Shown piece by piece: positions 23,925 through 38,056 of a DNA stretch of 64,000 nt. Within the stretch, counting starts at the first letter, position 1. The number at the start of each line of letters is the position of its first letter. The stretch comes from Anthoceros angustus. Taxonomy: Eukaryota; Plantae; Anthocerotophyta. A program made the position numbers and the translations under genes. The stretch spans positions 186,001-250,000 of the forward strand of contig VJWM01000172.1 in NCBI GenBank assembly GCA_010909165.1, in the 5' to 3' direction. The notes under the pieces are model-generated. The model saw nothing but the letters and a program-made list of their open reading frames with translations, was not told where the DNA came from and searched no databases.

Positions 23925-23980
23925 CCTCGTGGGTGTTAGCAAGTAGGCCGAAGTGGCCCTACTTGCTAACACCCACGAGG
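23925..23980. other. Perfect 23-bp inverted repeat with a 10-nt loop, directly after an 8-bp stem-loop (23892-23923)
   Basis: CCTCGTGGGTGTTAGCAAGTAGG-ccgaagtggc-CCTACTTGCTAACACCCACGAGG; GATTCCAC..GTGGAATC. Confidence 0.9.
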
Positions 23981-24232
23981 GGGGTGTGCTGAAGGCTAAC
24001 CGGTTGGAGAGGTCCTATTCAAGACACTTGAATTCCTTCCTCCCAAAATTCAAGAGGTTCAACGGGGCTAGGAACGGTTGGTCTTAGGAAATGTAGCACA
24101 CTTACTGCCTCGAAGCTTGACAATAAGGTAAATACCAACACTAAGCCGTGAAAGCTCTGGGCAGAGTCAAGCCCATCATGGATCCACACCCATCACAGTT
24201 CGAAACCCCCCAAGCCCCCCTAAGCTCCGACC

Positions 24233-24304
24233 AGCAAATCATGGATCCACACCCAGAGCAAATCATGGATCCACACCCAGAGCAAATCATGGATCCACAC
24301 CCAG
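24233..24304. repeat. 24-bp tandem repeat x3
   Basis: AGCAAATCATGGATCCACACCCAG x3. Confidence 0.92.
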
Positions 24305-24954
24305 AGGCGGTACAGGACAGCAGAGCCGTCACAGTTCGAAACCGCCCCTAAGCTCCGACCAGGAATCGCTACCGATCGATGACCTTTATCTCTGGAAGCT
24401 ATCCGAAGGTCTCCGGAAGCTCTCCGAAGCTCAAAGGCAAAGCCCCTCCCTCCAATTCGTTCGTCTCTCCCGTAAGGCGTAGGTGAGGACCGCGGTGGAC
24501 CCAAGGACAGCCAGCCCAGCCGAGCCCAGCGAAGCAGAGAGTGCAGCAACTTCACAAGAGCACAAACCTCCTAAGGCAACAGGAAGAAAAGGCGGCTTCT
24601 TGCCTCAGAAGAGGAAAGGATGGTTATGACAGGTAGAGAGTGAGCAGAAGGAGGCGGCATGCTTCCAAGATGCGAGAGCACCACCGGGACTCAAATTCCC
24701 TTCAGCATCGAATTCAGGGGAGCTGTGCTGTAGAGCGGAAGACAGCGGGCGGGAGGGGAACAGCGCAAGGGGGCAGGGAATTGCAGGAAGGCACAAGCAT
24801 AGGCGAGGGCCATCGACAACACAATCAAACACTTCAAACACTCAAACAAGCCACACACTGTGCGGCAAGGGGGACACTCAAAGCGGGAGGCGCAGGAGCG
24901 GAGAGCGAGGAGCGGAGGTCAGCACTGAAAGAGGAAAAGGGAACGGGTCATTCC

Positions 24955-25367
24955 AGGGTCTATCTGAACCAACTTGAGTCTGTATTGAGCATCCCACCTA
25001 CAACATGCAAAATGATTTTTTTTTTTTTGAGTCTCCTCCCGCGATCGGTTCCGAGGACGGAGTTCATGCATGTGTTGCAGAGTGAGGGACTCTGTCAAGC
25101 GCATCTGACCGGACCTGGAGTTGTCTTCACTGAAAGCTTGCCTTTCAGTCGCTTTGCTCAGCGAATAGCAAGGTACAGTCTATTCGACTTCCTCAGTTGT
25201 GGCATTTCGGCTTGGTGCTGCATGTTGTTCTGAGTCGATGCCTCTCTTCTTTGAGGGCCATCTCAAATTCTGATATGCGACAGAACCCCCGCGTCCTATT
25301 CCAACTCATCTTGTTCTTCTTCTCAGCTTGTGTCATGATTCTCAATTCGATACTCTTCTCCGAGTGA
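24955..25367 (+). pseudogene. Partial duplicate of the last two AIM24 exons
   Basis: SEGLCQAHLTGPGVVFTESLPFSRFAQRIAR and the last exon ending CTCCGAGTGA. No upstream exons; the acceptor context TTCAG is changed to TTGAG. Confidence 0.85.
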
Positions 25368-25621
25368 TCAAAGATACTTTGCTTGCTGCTGGTATGCAGA
25401 AGTCAAGGACGACTGCTTGCGGAAGTGCAACGGGAAGGAAGTGCACATCCTGGAGCGTGTTTGCAGCTTCACTTTATCTTAACTTATCGCAGCGGAAATC
25501 AATTGAACTCTAGCAACCTTGAGATTGGAACCCATAATGACACAACTTTGCTCGAGTAGAACATGAGTCCTGAATTTTAATCACACTGGCCATTTTTGTC
25601 TCTGATTATCAGCAACGGCTA

Positions 25622-28535
25622 TCAAACCAGTACGCCCTGACAAGCCGCGCCATGGCAATCAGCATAGGGGAATCGATTTGGAACAATGACGGCCTCCGTT
25701 GTGAAAATGTATGGGAACAGGATCTCCGGGCCTGCAAACCAGAGCTCCACAAAGAAAGCGCCATAGCGCTCCTGGTCAAGCACATGACAACAATCGTTAC
25801 TATCAGAAAATATGAGCCGTAGCTTTGATAAACATTCTGGTCAATGTTTCCGGGCAAGAGATCTCTACTGTAAATCTCAACCCTGTTCGTAATGAGTAAA
25901 TATGAACTCTGCAAATATGGACTCTTCAAGCAAAAATTCCATAAACATGAACTCTGTGCAAATGAACCAGCGTGACATTGGAGTTGGAACCTTGGGGTAA
26001 GACAAAAGTGACTTTGAGCTCGCCAACATACCTCCTGGGAAGCTATGGATGCAGTGTAGGTTCTGACCCCATCAACAGTGGAAGGACTGATATTCTTTTC
26101 TCGGAAAAAGATGGGCTGGAAGCAGCCTCCCGAGATCACAAAAGTTGGGCTGCAACAGTTGTTGGCAACACATTTACATTGAAGATCTTAAGAAGCATAA
26201 AATAACCAGTAGGCAGCGACTCACCAGTCATCGATGTTGCCGGTCAGCCACCGGAAGTCCCGCCTCCTGCTGTCCTTGGTGTAAGCATACCACAAGGTCG
26301 CCTTTAGGGGCTTGTCTAGAGTTGTGATCTGTAGAATCCCAGTGTCCCTGTCAATTTGCCACCAGTAGCTGGGCCGACTGATGTTCAGCTTTGTCGGAGA
26401 ACAGGACCTCACGATGCTCATGCCAACATCATTCTCTGTCGAGGATGGTTGGAGGTTTGTTACTTTCTCACTTCCAGTGACGATGCTGAGATAGAATGCC
26501 TGCACAGCTGCTACAAGCTGGTGCACATATGTGGAAACCAGAATGAGTGTCCCCATTTGGTGTTACAGCAGCAAAGAGGCCATAGCATACGGTGCAGGGC
26601 AGTCATACCTTGACCAGCCCCGTTGCTAGTGAGTGCTCTGTATTGGGCAGTACCAGCATGTGCTTTTCGCCCTTCAACTCATTCCAGTAGTACAGGCTGC
26701 ATATACATGGCAGCAGGGAGTTTATCCTTCCTGAGGACTGCTATGGTTAAGCAACCACACAAGCTAACAAAGTATGTACCTGTCATCCATCAAGAAGAAC
26801 TCGTCATTTGAAGCGATGACAATGAGCTTTGGCATGGTGAGCCGTTCCTTGTACACCAAGGGGTCCACTATGCTCTGCAATGTACGAGAAGCATCATGAC
26901 GGGTCCCTTCTACCATCAGATGATACAGTAGCCCGCTTAAGAGATTTTGGAGACTGACCATAAGTTGTGCCATTTCCGGTGTATCCAGCTGTGCAGTGAT
27001 GTTCAGGGCGTAGTATGGCTGAAATGCAAAGGTCCAGCCGCCAAGAGATTGATAGAAGTGGTGAAGGTTTGGCACGAAGTTTAGGGCATCCATAACGATA
27101 GGGACAATCCCGACGACACGCTGCAGACCCACGCATGAACGTTAAGCTCATTCTTTCAACACAAGGACAGGCCATTGCAACTGTCAAAGTCTGCATTGAA
27201 ACCAAACAAGACCTTCTGTCGGCATGAACTGTACCACTACTGGTTGTTGGAGGGTTAGTAGGTCCATGCCTTGTCCACGGCACCTGTGGTCCAGGTTGTC
27301 CAACCACGTTTGCTTGCCCCGGCGACCACAAAACTGGCAACCTGTAAGATCGCAAGGTCAGAAACGCACTGTCCTAAGGTTCATGTACACCACTGGCCCC
27401 ATGTGGGCAGGTGGTCAATTGGATTGGGGATGCATGGAAGACCTCAGCATTCAGCTGTAGGCTGGCATATTCCTGAATCACATCCATTGCTCGAACAGCA
27501 GACTTGGTCATGGGAAGTCGAGCGAGCCATCTAGCACTGTCAGGGTGCTTCATAAAGTAGTACCAAGTATCTGGAAAACGTGTAGGAAAACAACGAAATC
27601 TGACTTAAGTTCAGCAGAAGAGATGAACCAGCAGAAGAGATGAACCAAGTAAGCAGGTGAAGGGAGTGCACAAACGGCAATCATTTGAAAATACAGAAGA
27701 CCTACAGGCAATGAGATCATCTTCATAACGATGCATTCGACTCCCATCACTTGTGAAACGGCAAGGCTGGTTGGGCACTTGATAAAGCACGGCAGTAATG
27801 GTCTTTGTGTTCACAGCAACACTAACCAACCAGGCAAACCATTACGGCTACATTCTCACAGCTCGATCACCTCCTTCTCCATACGGCATTGACATAAACA
27901 TAAACCTCATAACAAGGAATCCTTACGCCGCTGCTAGCTCAAGAAGCTCGTCTTTGGCTGTGGGCGGATCATTTGTGTTGCTACCTCCTCCGATGAGCAT
28001 AAACGCTGTGTCTACGTACTTGATTGAGCCAGGCTTCTGCAAGAGGAGTACAGAATCGACCAAACCTTCATTCATGCTGTCCATCTCACAAGAAGCTATT
28101 ACACCAAGTCAGACCACACTTCTCCTCACCACAATGACGAGGTGATGCGTCCAGACTGTACAGTCCACATCGTTGGTGGATAGCCACCCTTGGCTGGTCA
28201 TGTTTAGCACATAACCCTCCCATCTCCCCGTAGGAAACCATCCGTTCACTCGTGTGCCTGTGTCAAACCAGCTAGACAGTAGAGGACACCCTGCCTATGA
28301 GGCAAATTCCATCGAAGGATGAATTCTGAACCTAACAGCAGGACACTTCTCAACTGCTCCTCCCAGTTCTGATCATATCTAGCATGCATGCACACCTGAA
28401 GTGTGGATCTGGCTGAAGAATGTAATCGTCCAGAGGAGTCCCTAAGACTGGCCCACACAGAAGGACCCCGAGAAACAGTAAGAACATCGCTCCAATCCAG
28501 ATTCTTGCCATAGCTGCTGGCATGGCACAGTACAT
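25622..28535 (-). CDS. PqaA / AprA-like (PhoPQ-activated pathogenicity-related family) secreted alpha/beta-hydrolase-like protein, multi-exon
   Basis: Signal peptide then GTPLDDYILQPDPHF. Motifs YVLNMTSQGW, FMLIGGGSN, LYQVPNQP, YEDDLIA, LPMTKSAVRAMD, FVVAGASKRGWTTW, NFVPNLHHFYQSLGGWTF, IVDPLVY..MPKLIVIASNDEFF, LPNTEH, RRRDFR and C-terminal FTTEAVIVPNRFPYADCHGAACQGVLV*. ATG could be 28535, 28523 or 28511. Confidence 0.9.
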
Positions 28536-28906
28536 AGCAGCACCCACGTGCACTGTAGGGGATCAGACTGGGAAATTGGAGTGCGAGCTCAATGGTTGTC
28601 GGGGTCAAACGAGGGCGCAAGTGGACGAAGCTGAGATGCTGGATTTCGTTATTTTCCAAGAGCGACCCTCCAAACTGGAAACACGAACCGTCTTCTTTGC
28701 GACCCACTTCGCCGGACACGCTGTTCTCACCGGTGTGAGTGTCACCTGGCCCAGGAAAGCAAGTTCTTGATATCTTCCTCGTAGGATACCCTGCGACTAC
28801 GACTCTGCACCGCAGATTGCCTGACCCACATGCCCATCTTCACAACCATGAGCCCATCGTGTGACCTACATCACCTTTTTAGCAAGCATGAGCACTGTGG
28901 AAGAGG

Positions 28907-29590
28907 ATGCTGGAGGTTGTGCCTGACTGGATGCTGCATGCAGAGAATCAAAGTGTCAACAAGCGGACGGAGAAGATGGGGTACCACCACGTACTGTCCA
29001 AACATGAGGGTGCGATTGTCCAGCACAGCAAGGCCTTCGATCAGCAGGTTCTTCGAGGTAGAAGGCTGGAGAAAGAGCAGAAGCTAAAAGAAGTAATGCG
29101 GGAGGAGACTCAAATTCAAGACTGGTGGGGGAAGGCCAGAGAAGGGCAAGTGTATCGCGAACTCCAGGCAGAGCAACGGTACATCATCGATAAGCACTGG
29201 AGGCAAGAGAATTACTTCAGAAACTGCGCCGATGGGGAGGTTCACAGGATGAGGGAGGTGGCCACTCTCAAGATGGCTGAGAAGGAGCTCAACAGACTTC
29301 GCGAAATCGACGAGTTCAACCAACACGTGTGGGACATGGAGATCAAGTGGAGAGATTACGAGGCTGACAGGGAAAGGTGGCATGACAGGCGGTACCAGAG
29401 ATTCAGGGACAATTTGAAGATTCCCAAGATTTCTCTCATCACATACCCTGTGACGGTGAACAAGGTCCGCCTGTGCAAGTCCTTGGGCCTCGATCTCAGG
29501 AAACTGCCGATGCATGGAAATGCACACAGAGCACCTTGCCTGGATGGCAGCACTGGGCGGTTTGGAACTGACAATACCTATATCCGCTAA
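28907..29590 (+). CDS. Single-exon 227-aa hypothetical protein, charged/coiled-coil
   Basis: ATG-initiated ORF with protein-like composition (E/R/K/W-rich helical centre), divergent from PqaA. No family recognised. Confidence 0.65.
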   Translation: MLEVVPDWMLHAENQSVNKRTEKMGYHHVLSKHEGAIVQHSKAFDQQVLRGRRLEKEQKLKEVMREETQIQDWWGKAREGQVYRELQAEQRYIIDKHWRQENYFRNCADGEVHRMREVATLKMAEKELNRLREIDEFNQHVWDMEIKWRDYEADRERWHDRRYQRFRDNLKIPKISLITYPVTVNKVRLCKSLGLDLRKLPMHGNAHRAPCLDGSTGRFGTDNTYIR

Positions 29591-30224
29591 CTTGGATTGG
29601 ATTGGATTTAACATCAGCCAACCATAACTTGTCCTCGCATTGCAACAATAGTTGCGGGTAAGCCCCCATGTCTTTGCTGTGTCAAGATCTTGTCCAGCTC
29701 CTCAGGTGTGATGGATGTTTTCAGCCTGACCAAACATCACACCGACAGGGACTCTGTCTTGCTCAGGTATCAGCAGAGCATCCCTAATCTGACGCATCTG
29801 CCATGAAGACAAAACAAGTCATGGAACTACTATCTCCACTTCATGGATCAATCACAACCTACAGGACGCTGAATATATATGCCAGACATGGCTCATGGTG
29901 GGACAAGGGCGGTGGACTGCGTTGCCACAGTCAGTTCCACTTCCAACTTCCGACCTTCTTCGCTCTCTGGAAGTGGAAGGAAGCTCCAGACGTCAAAGGG
30001 ACACTTCCTTCCTGGGCACAAAACCCTGCAACAGCCTAGAAATAGCATATAATGCCATTATTCTGTGAAAATTGTCCCTTCTTTCATGTGGTTCATCAAC
30101 CAACTGGATGTCACTGTCGTAGTAGATGCTCGTTGATCGATCTTTTGACTACCGGTCACCAGGCTGATGAATGCCTCATATGTAAGAAGAGCCTGTGGGC
30201 ATTGCTCTTTGCTGTCACGACAGA

Positions 30225-31743
30225 ATGGCAGCAGCAAGGGCCGCCTTCTCTCCATCGCTCACATTCCGCAGCTCCACAAAAGCCGACAGCAGATTGCGGC
30301 AAGTGGGCATCAGATTGCATCGTCGACATCCCCTACCCTCCGTGTCCACTGCTCTGACTGCCCAACCATGGACTTCATCCGGGCGGCACAGTAAGCTCAC
30401 CTCCTGCACATCGGACCTGGCCTCCATTTCCAGGACACTTCTCACCACTGTTGTTTGCTTGCCCAGGAAAATTGGAACCTGCCCGATTCTCACTGGATGT
30501 GAGTAATGCTGTGGCTGACAATGAAAGGGAGCTTCTGGGCAACCTGCGGGTGGCCATCTCCAGCCTGGGTGGAAACTCGGAGGTCAGCTGAAGCATGCCA
30601 TGCCCATTCCCAGATGTGCCCACGACATCTAATGCATGTGTGTCTAGCCTTTCGCCGTGCCAGTTTGATTCCCATGTTTCCTTGCTTTAGGATATGGACG
30701 AGAATGGCCTGCTACGGTTTCTACGAGCCCATTCACTCAAAGTCGAGAAAGCTGCCGAGAAGGTTGTAGCCCATCTGCAGTGGAGGGCCGATTTCAAGCC
30801 CCAAGGATTCGTCTCGGAGGCAGAGATTCCTGATCAGCTTGCCATGGCCACAACGTATTTGCAAGGCCATACTAAACAAGGATATCCTCTGTTTGTCACA
30901 ATGGGACGCAAGCATTTCCCAGCCGCTGATTTCGATCAATTCAAACGTATACTGTGTGATTGCCTGCATTTGCTTCTTTTGTGGACAGGACCATGCAGCC
31001 CAGATGCTGAGTGAAATTTGGGCTCTCGTTTTTGCAGGTTTTGTGGTATATTTTCTGGATAAGGCCTTAGCCTGGTGAGTTGGAATTCACCTCCTGCTCG
31101 TGCTTGCTGGACTTGTTCGATACAGGGCCCTAATAGCATTGTCCATCCATGGTCGCAGTGCCCCTTCCGGAGAGCCGCATTTTGTGGGTATAGTGGATCT
31201 CAAGGGCCTTGGGTTGAAGAATTTAGATGCCAATGCCTTCATTGGTGCATTCACAATTGTTCAGGTATCTCCTCTTTTCTGGATGGATGTATTGATCGAT
31301 TGCAAGCAATTCTAGATACATTGACTTGCTAGGAATTCTAAGGTCAGTGATTTGGTAGCAACTCTTCTTAAAAGCAAGCATTCCCCTTGCACATTGTTGT
31401 TGTGCAGGATCACTATCCGGGCAATTTGCACAAGCTTTACATGGTGAACGTTCCGTTCATATTCAACGGTGTCTGGAAAGTGGCTTCTCCATTTCTGGAC
31501 GAACAAACCCGATCCAAGGTGGACTACCGTCATGAGCTTCAAGTGCCCTTGCACTTGCATGTCCTGAATTTGTGTGTCATAACTTTCGGCTTACAATGGC
31601 AGGTCATATTCGTTCCTGACAAGAAGACGAAGGAAACGCTTTTGTCTGAAATTGACGAAGAACAGTTACCAATTGAATATGGTGGGAGAGCGAACCTCGT
31701 TCCCCTCGAAGAGGCTGTGGTAACCGCGTACACTGGATTGTGA
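30225..31743 (+). CDS. CRAL-TRIO (Sec14-like) lipid-binding protein with a probable plastid transit peptide
   Basis: Exon 1 MAAARAAFSPSLTFRSS.. splices in phase (30390/30467). Then LLRFLRAHSLKVEKA, YLQGHTKQGYPL, VGIVDLKGLG, QDHYPGNLHKLYMVNVPFIFNGVWKVASPFLDEQTRSK and EEQLPIEYGG. Confidence 0.9.
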
Positions 31744-31874
31744 CGGTTCTGGCGGTCATTTCCTGGACTGCCAAATGCGAATGCCAATCAAGTATGTACA
31801 GCTGATGTCCTGGTGACCTTGTTCTACATAATGAGTCCTACATCAACAGCCAAATCTTGGACACACCCTCATAT

Positions 31875-34185
<2,311 letters not shown>

Positions 34186-34816
34186 ACCAATGACACCTCG
34201 ATTTTGTCAGCTGATTGTCAGTATGCAACAATCAAAGAAGCTGCGACACTTGGTGACTCGTGAGGAATTTCCTTCTGTTCAAATCCAAAGCTCAGGATCC
34301 AAGCATGGCCCTCACACGCGCTTGTGCATGGCTCCAAAGATCAACCAACAATGCTAGAAGCGCGAGATCGCAGAAGCATTGTCGCAAGAGAAAATTTTCA
34401 ACAGCCGCGCCTTTGAAAGCATCATGCAGATCTGGCTGCTCACCTGAACTCCGAACAACAAATTGAGGTCTGATCCGAGGAGGAGGGCCACTGGATTAAG
34501 CTTCCCCGGAAGATGCGAATTCGGCAAAAGAGACGCGCATGTCGATTCATCCAGCTCCCAAGCTAAGCTAAGCCAGCTGCCGATTGTCGCCTTCCTCAAG
34601 AATCAAACTTCCCGGGTTTTCAAACGTGCCCGCGCTGGCAGACGTGCTTCCCTCGGAGCCACTGGTGCAGCCAAGCATGTCCATTGCACCACGGGAATCA
34701 TTGGCGAGGACATAACCGACGAAACCCACATTTTAAACTCCAGTTAACTTCCTGTCAGAGGAGCCGAGAAGGTTAGAAGTCCGCTTGTTACTAAGGGAAG
34801 AGTATGGGGAATTGTC

Positions 34817-36986
34817 CTACAGCTTTTGAGATGGCTTGATTAGCTTTGACAAGGTCTCAGCAGCTGCCAGGCCACTCAGAATGGCGCTTTCCACTCTTGG
34901 CCCAACACAGAAGTCTCCACATACAACAAGGCGTTTTACTTCGTCTTTGATGCATTTTTCGCGTGGCGAGATCGCTGATAGAGGAAATGCACTCCCCCTG
35001 CAAGAGACGGAAAGGGAGAATGAGGTTCTGATCTGTCAGCTGCTTGAGGATAGGAGATGTATCATCTGTGATGATACGCACCAGCGGTGAGCTTTGATGA
35101 AAAAGGGGGCTGGCAAATCCGGGACAGCTGCTTGGAACTCTTTGAGGAGATCAGTCGCAACCTTGGAGAGAAGTTCCTCTGATGGCTTACTGAAGCCAGC
35201 ATTGCTTATGACTGCCTCTGCGTATTCTGCAGTGGAATGCAGAACCCAGCACTCTCTGTGCAGTAGTCCAGAGGAACAAGTAATTAGGGTGATGGGCCAG
35301 GGTCACGGAAGACGGGTGATACATGAACGCGGCGGCGAGCAACTTGCCTGTGATCATTTGGTCGACCAGGCTTGCTGCTATCACGTGATGCCCAGGACAG
35401 CACATTCGAGCCTAGCACAGAGAATCCATCGAGAGGAATCTGCATGTTCCAGTGGAAGATTGTTAATGGTGGACTCCTGTCGAGGATTAATGTTATGTGT
35501 TGCTATCCAAACATTGGAACGAAAGCAACAATGGGATGCAAGCTCATCAATACATCCATCCAGTTTCTCACCGAGAAAAGGCCAGTGCTGAAAGCAAGCA
35601 TTACTGCAAAGCTGGGAGCAGATTGTACTGATCCCACAGTCTTGCTTACAGTCTCCACACCGGCTGCCCCTGCAGGGAAATCGTTTTAGACGCCATTTCA
35701 ACCACTCTGATGTACGTGGAACGAAGATTGCGGCTATCTTGCGGGAAGATCACCATGTGCGTCACCTTTCTTATGCCTATGCTCCTCACAATTAGCACAT
35801 ACCAAGGGGTGCGGGAAGTCCTGTCAGTGCAGTAAACCGTTGGGAGGCTAAACCTTTGTCTGCAACAACCACGGCTCTAAATGTCCCAAGCGGTTTGGCA
35901 TCTTTGGAAGCAAGTGCCCAAAAACCTCCTCCATCCTCTGTCCAGCTAAGTGATGTTACTTGAACACCATAAAGCGCTTGTACACCTGAACAATTTGCAA
36001 TTAAGATTTTAGACTCCGCACATCATACTCCGCAAGTCCCATGCCACATACGCCCCCACTCCCTCTTCATACAAAGGAACAGTATCTCTACTACGAACCG
36101 GCCTGCTGTGACATTGCTTTGCAGATGGAGTTCATCCCCGGCACTCCCACATATCTCTTCTTGCCTTCGTCCTGTATTAAGTCCACTAATCATTCTGCTT
36201 GTGGCGGAAACTCATGCTGCACGGGCACATGGGTCATCACACCTCAAACAATCCACACCTTGTAACACGCTCCAAATAGGTGGTGGGAACAAACAAGGAA
36301 TGCAAATGCCAAGAGACTGATCCAGCACCGAGCAACCCAAGGATGCAGTTGCTACTCACAGTTTCCGCTGTGAATCTGCCAGAGCCAAATTCCAGACTCC
36401 CAAACTTGCCTTCCCATTCCGCAACTATGCCTGCAGCCTTCCATTTATCTAAAAGCTCTTGCACAGCTGGGTCCTTCAAGGTGAAATACTGAGCACCATG
36501 GTCGAAAAGCAGCTGGGAGCCATCCGGCGTCCTCTCTCTTGCCATGCCCACAACGCCATTTCACAGTCAGGTCGGGCATCAACTACCCTTAGCTTCATAC
36601 CTAAGTCAGACAGAGGCTTTGCAGCTGCATACCGGCGCTGCGACATACGACCCCCTGGCCCCCGACCCGTCTCGAAGACCGTCACTCTTGCTCCCCTTTC
36701 TGCCAAGGATGATGCACAAGCCAGGCCAGCCACTGCATAACAACCGCATTCAGCACCCAACCGCGTTCAGCATCCAACAATTTTTTTCCTCTTCCTCCGC
36801 TCGGATCGGATTAAATCGGATGAAAGCAAGCTCACCTCCTGCTCCAATCACCGCCACGCTGGCCTCGTCTACAACAGCCGCCATCGCACAGAAAGCACTG
36901 GATCGGGGACTGCGGAGCGTGAAGCCTGGAGCAGCCTTGTGGGCAAGAAGGGAACGCTGCAGGAGGGCACGAGGCAGCCCGAGCAT
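34817..36986 (-). CDS. FAD/NAD(P)-binding oxidoreductase, renalase-like, with an organellar transit peptide
   Basis: VAVIGAG..GLACASSL..VTVFETGRGPGGRMSQRR, FDHGAQYFT, and last exon CGDFCVGPRVESAILSGLAAAE..KL*. Confidence 0.88.
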
Positions 36987-37120
36987 ACTGCTTCTCTCAC
37001 TCCCTTTTCTGTCCGCTTGAAGGAGGTAGGCTCGTGGGACGATGTCTGCGCTCCCTGCTTCTTCTTCGCAAAATTCTGGCTAGGTCATAAAATTCTTCAT
37101 GCGCTCGAGCAGGGAAGAAG

Positions 37121-37545
37121 ATGGCAGGGAGCAAGGAGGTGACGTCGGCGTTCAGAGCTCTGCTGCGGACTCGAAGGCAGTGCTTCCAAGGGGACCACGC
37201 GATGCTGGCAGCCTCCGCTAAGCAGATCCGAGACGAATTCGACAGCCACCGCCAAGCTTCAGAGCCGTCGGAGATAGAAGGCCTCCTAGAGAAGGCTCGC
37301 GAGGCCGTGGAGTTCATGAACCTCAACATTGTTCAAGCCAAGCTCAATGACCGCGGCAACTATGGTGTGATCCTCTGCCCCTACCGTGCATTGCTGCACC
37401 ATGTACTTGTGCTTGAATAGCTCGGAAGAAAGCTGACGGAACAGAAAATGATGTGCTGCTGGCAGAGATGAAGCTGAAGAAGGAGCACATGGGAGCTGAA
37501 CTTGCAGCAGCGGCAGAGGCCTCTCCAACATCCTCAACAAGGTGA
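37121..37545 (+). CDS. LYRM7: LYR-motif complex III assembly factor (LYRM7/MZM1-like), 2 exons
   Basis: AFRALLRTRRQCFQGDHAMLAAS..IRDEF..NIVQAKLNDRGNY|EMKLKKEH..R*. Confidence 0.8.
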
Positions 37546-38056
37546 TGCATCCTCCGGGACGATGCAAACGCGCTAGGTGTACTAGTTTGGAAAAGACAAC
37601 ATCGGACATGCCTGAGCATTCTAAGCCATTGCTTGGAATTTTGAAGTGAACCATGTTTCTCACTGTCACCCTACCACTGCAATGTCAACCGGCAAGGATC
37701 CAACAAGTTCAACTTCCTGCAACAGAGTGCGTTTCAGATCCCGCGCACGAAGGTCTCAAACTAGATCCCAAGGTCAAGCTTCCAGGGCAAGCAGAATTCG
37801 CTCGAGGTGTGCGTGCGGCTTGAATTGAGACGCACGCACACCTGCAAGCTCGCATTCCTGCAGAAATGTCCCAGAGATCAAGTCAGGACGAGCTGGAGCA
37901 GATACCAAGCTTGAAACAATGCTGTTCATCTATGATGCTGTCCACATGATGAGGTTTAATCAACAATCCGGTGCGGTGCGTTTTCAGTGTGTGGGCCGAT
38001 TGGAAGCGAAAGCCCTAGAAAACCCCTAGCTTGCAAGTGAGCGAAAATGGACGGCG

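Larger units (their letters stand above)
22803..24954 (-). mobile_element. Unclassified 2.15-kb TE-like insert at the duplication junction
   Basis: Unique sequence between segments B and A'. It has a decayed minus-strand coiled-coil frame (AKKNIEKEQKLFDSVKELHEEVLRSHEQ.., ~23480-23205), several tandem repeats and a long hairpin. No diagnostic TE domain recognised. Confidence 0.4.

Noticed and set aside
23580-24160. Hammerhead ribozyme / retrozyme in the junction insert
   Set aside because: GAAA motifs and hairpins are present, but I found no CUGANGA core in a compatible arrangement on either strand.
25622-28535. PqaA-like gene as bacterial contamination
   Set aside because: Interrupted by GT-AG introns, has a signal peptide, and shares a local duplication with neighbouring plant genes.
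29600-30100. Possible small minus-strand gene (..LKTSITPEELDKILTQQ..)
   Set aside because: Could not build a convincing exon chain; no recognisable family; it overlaps the CRAL-TRIO promoter.
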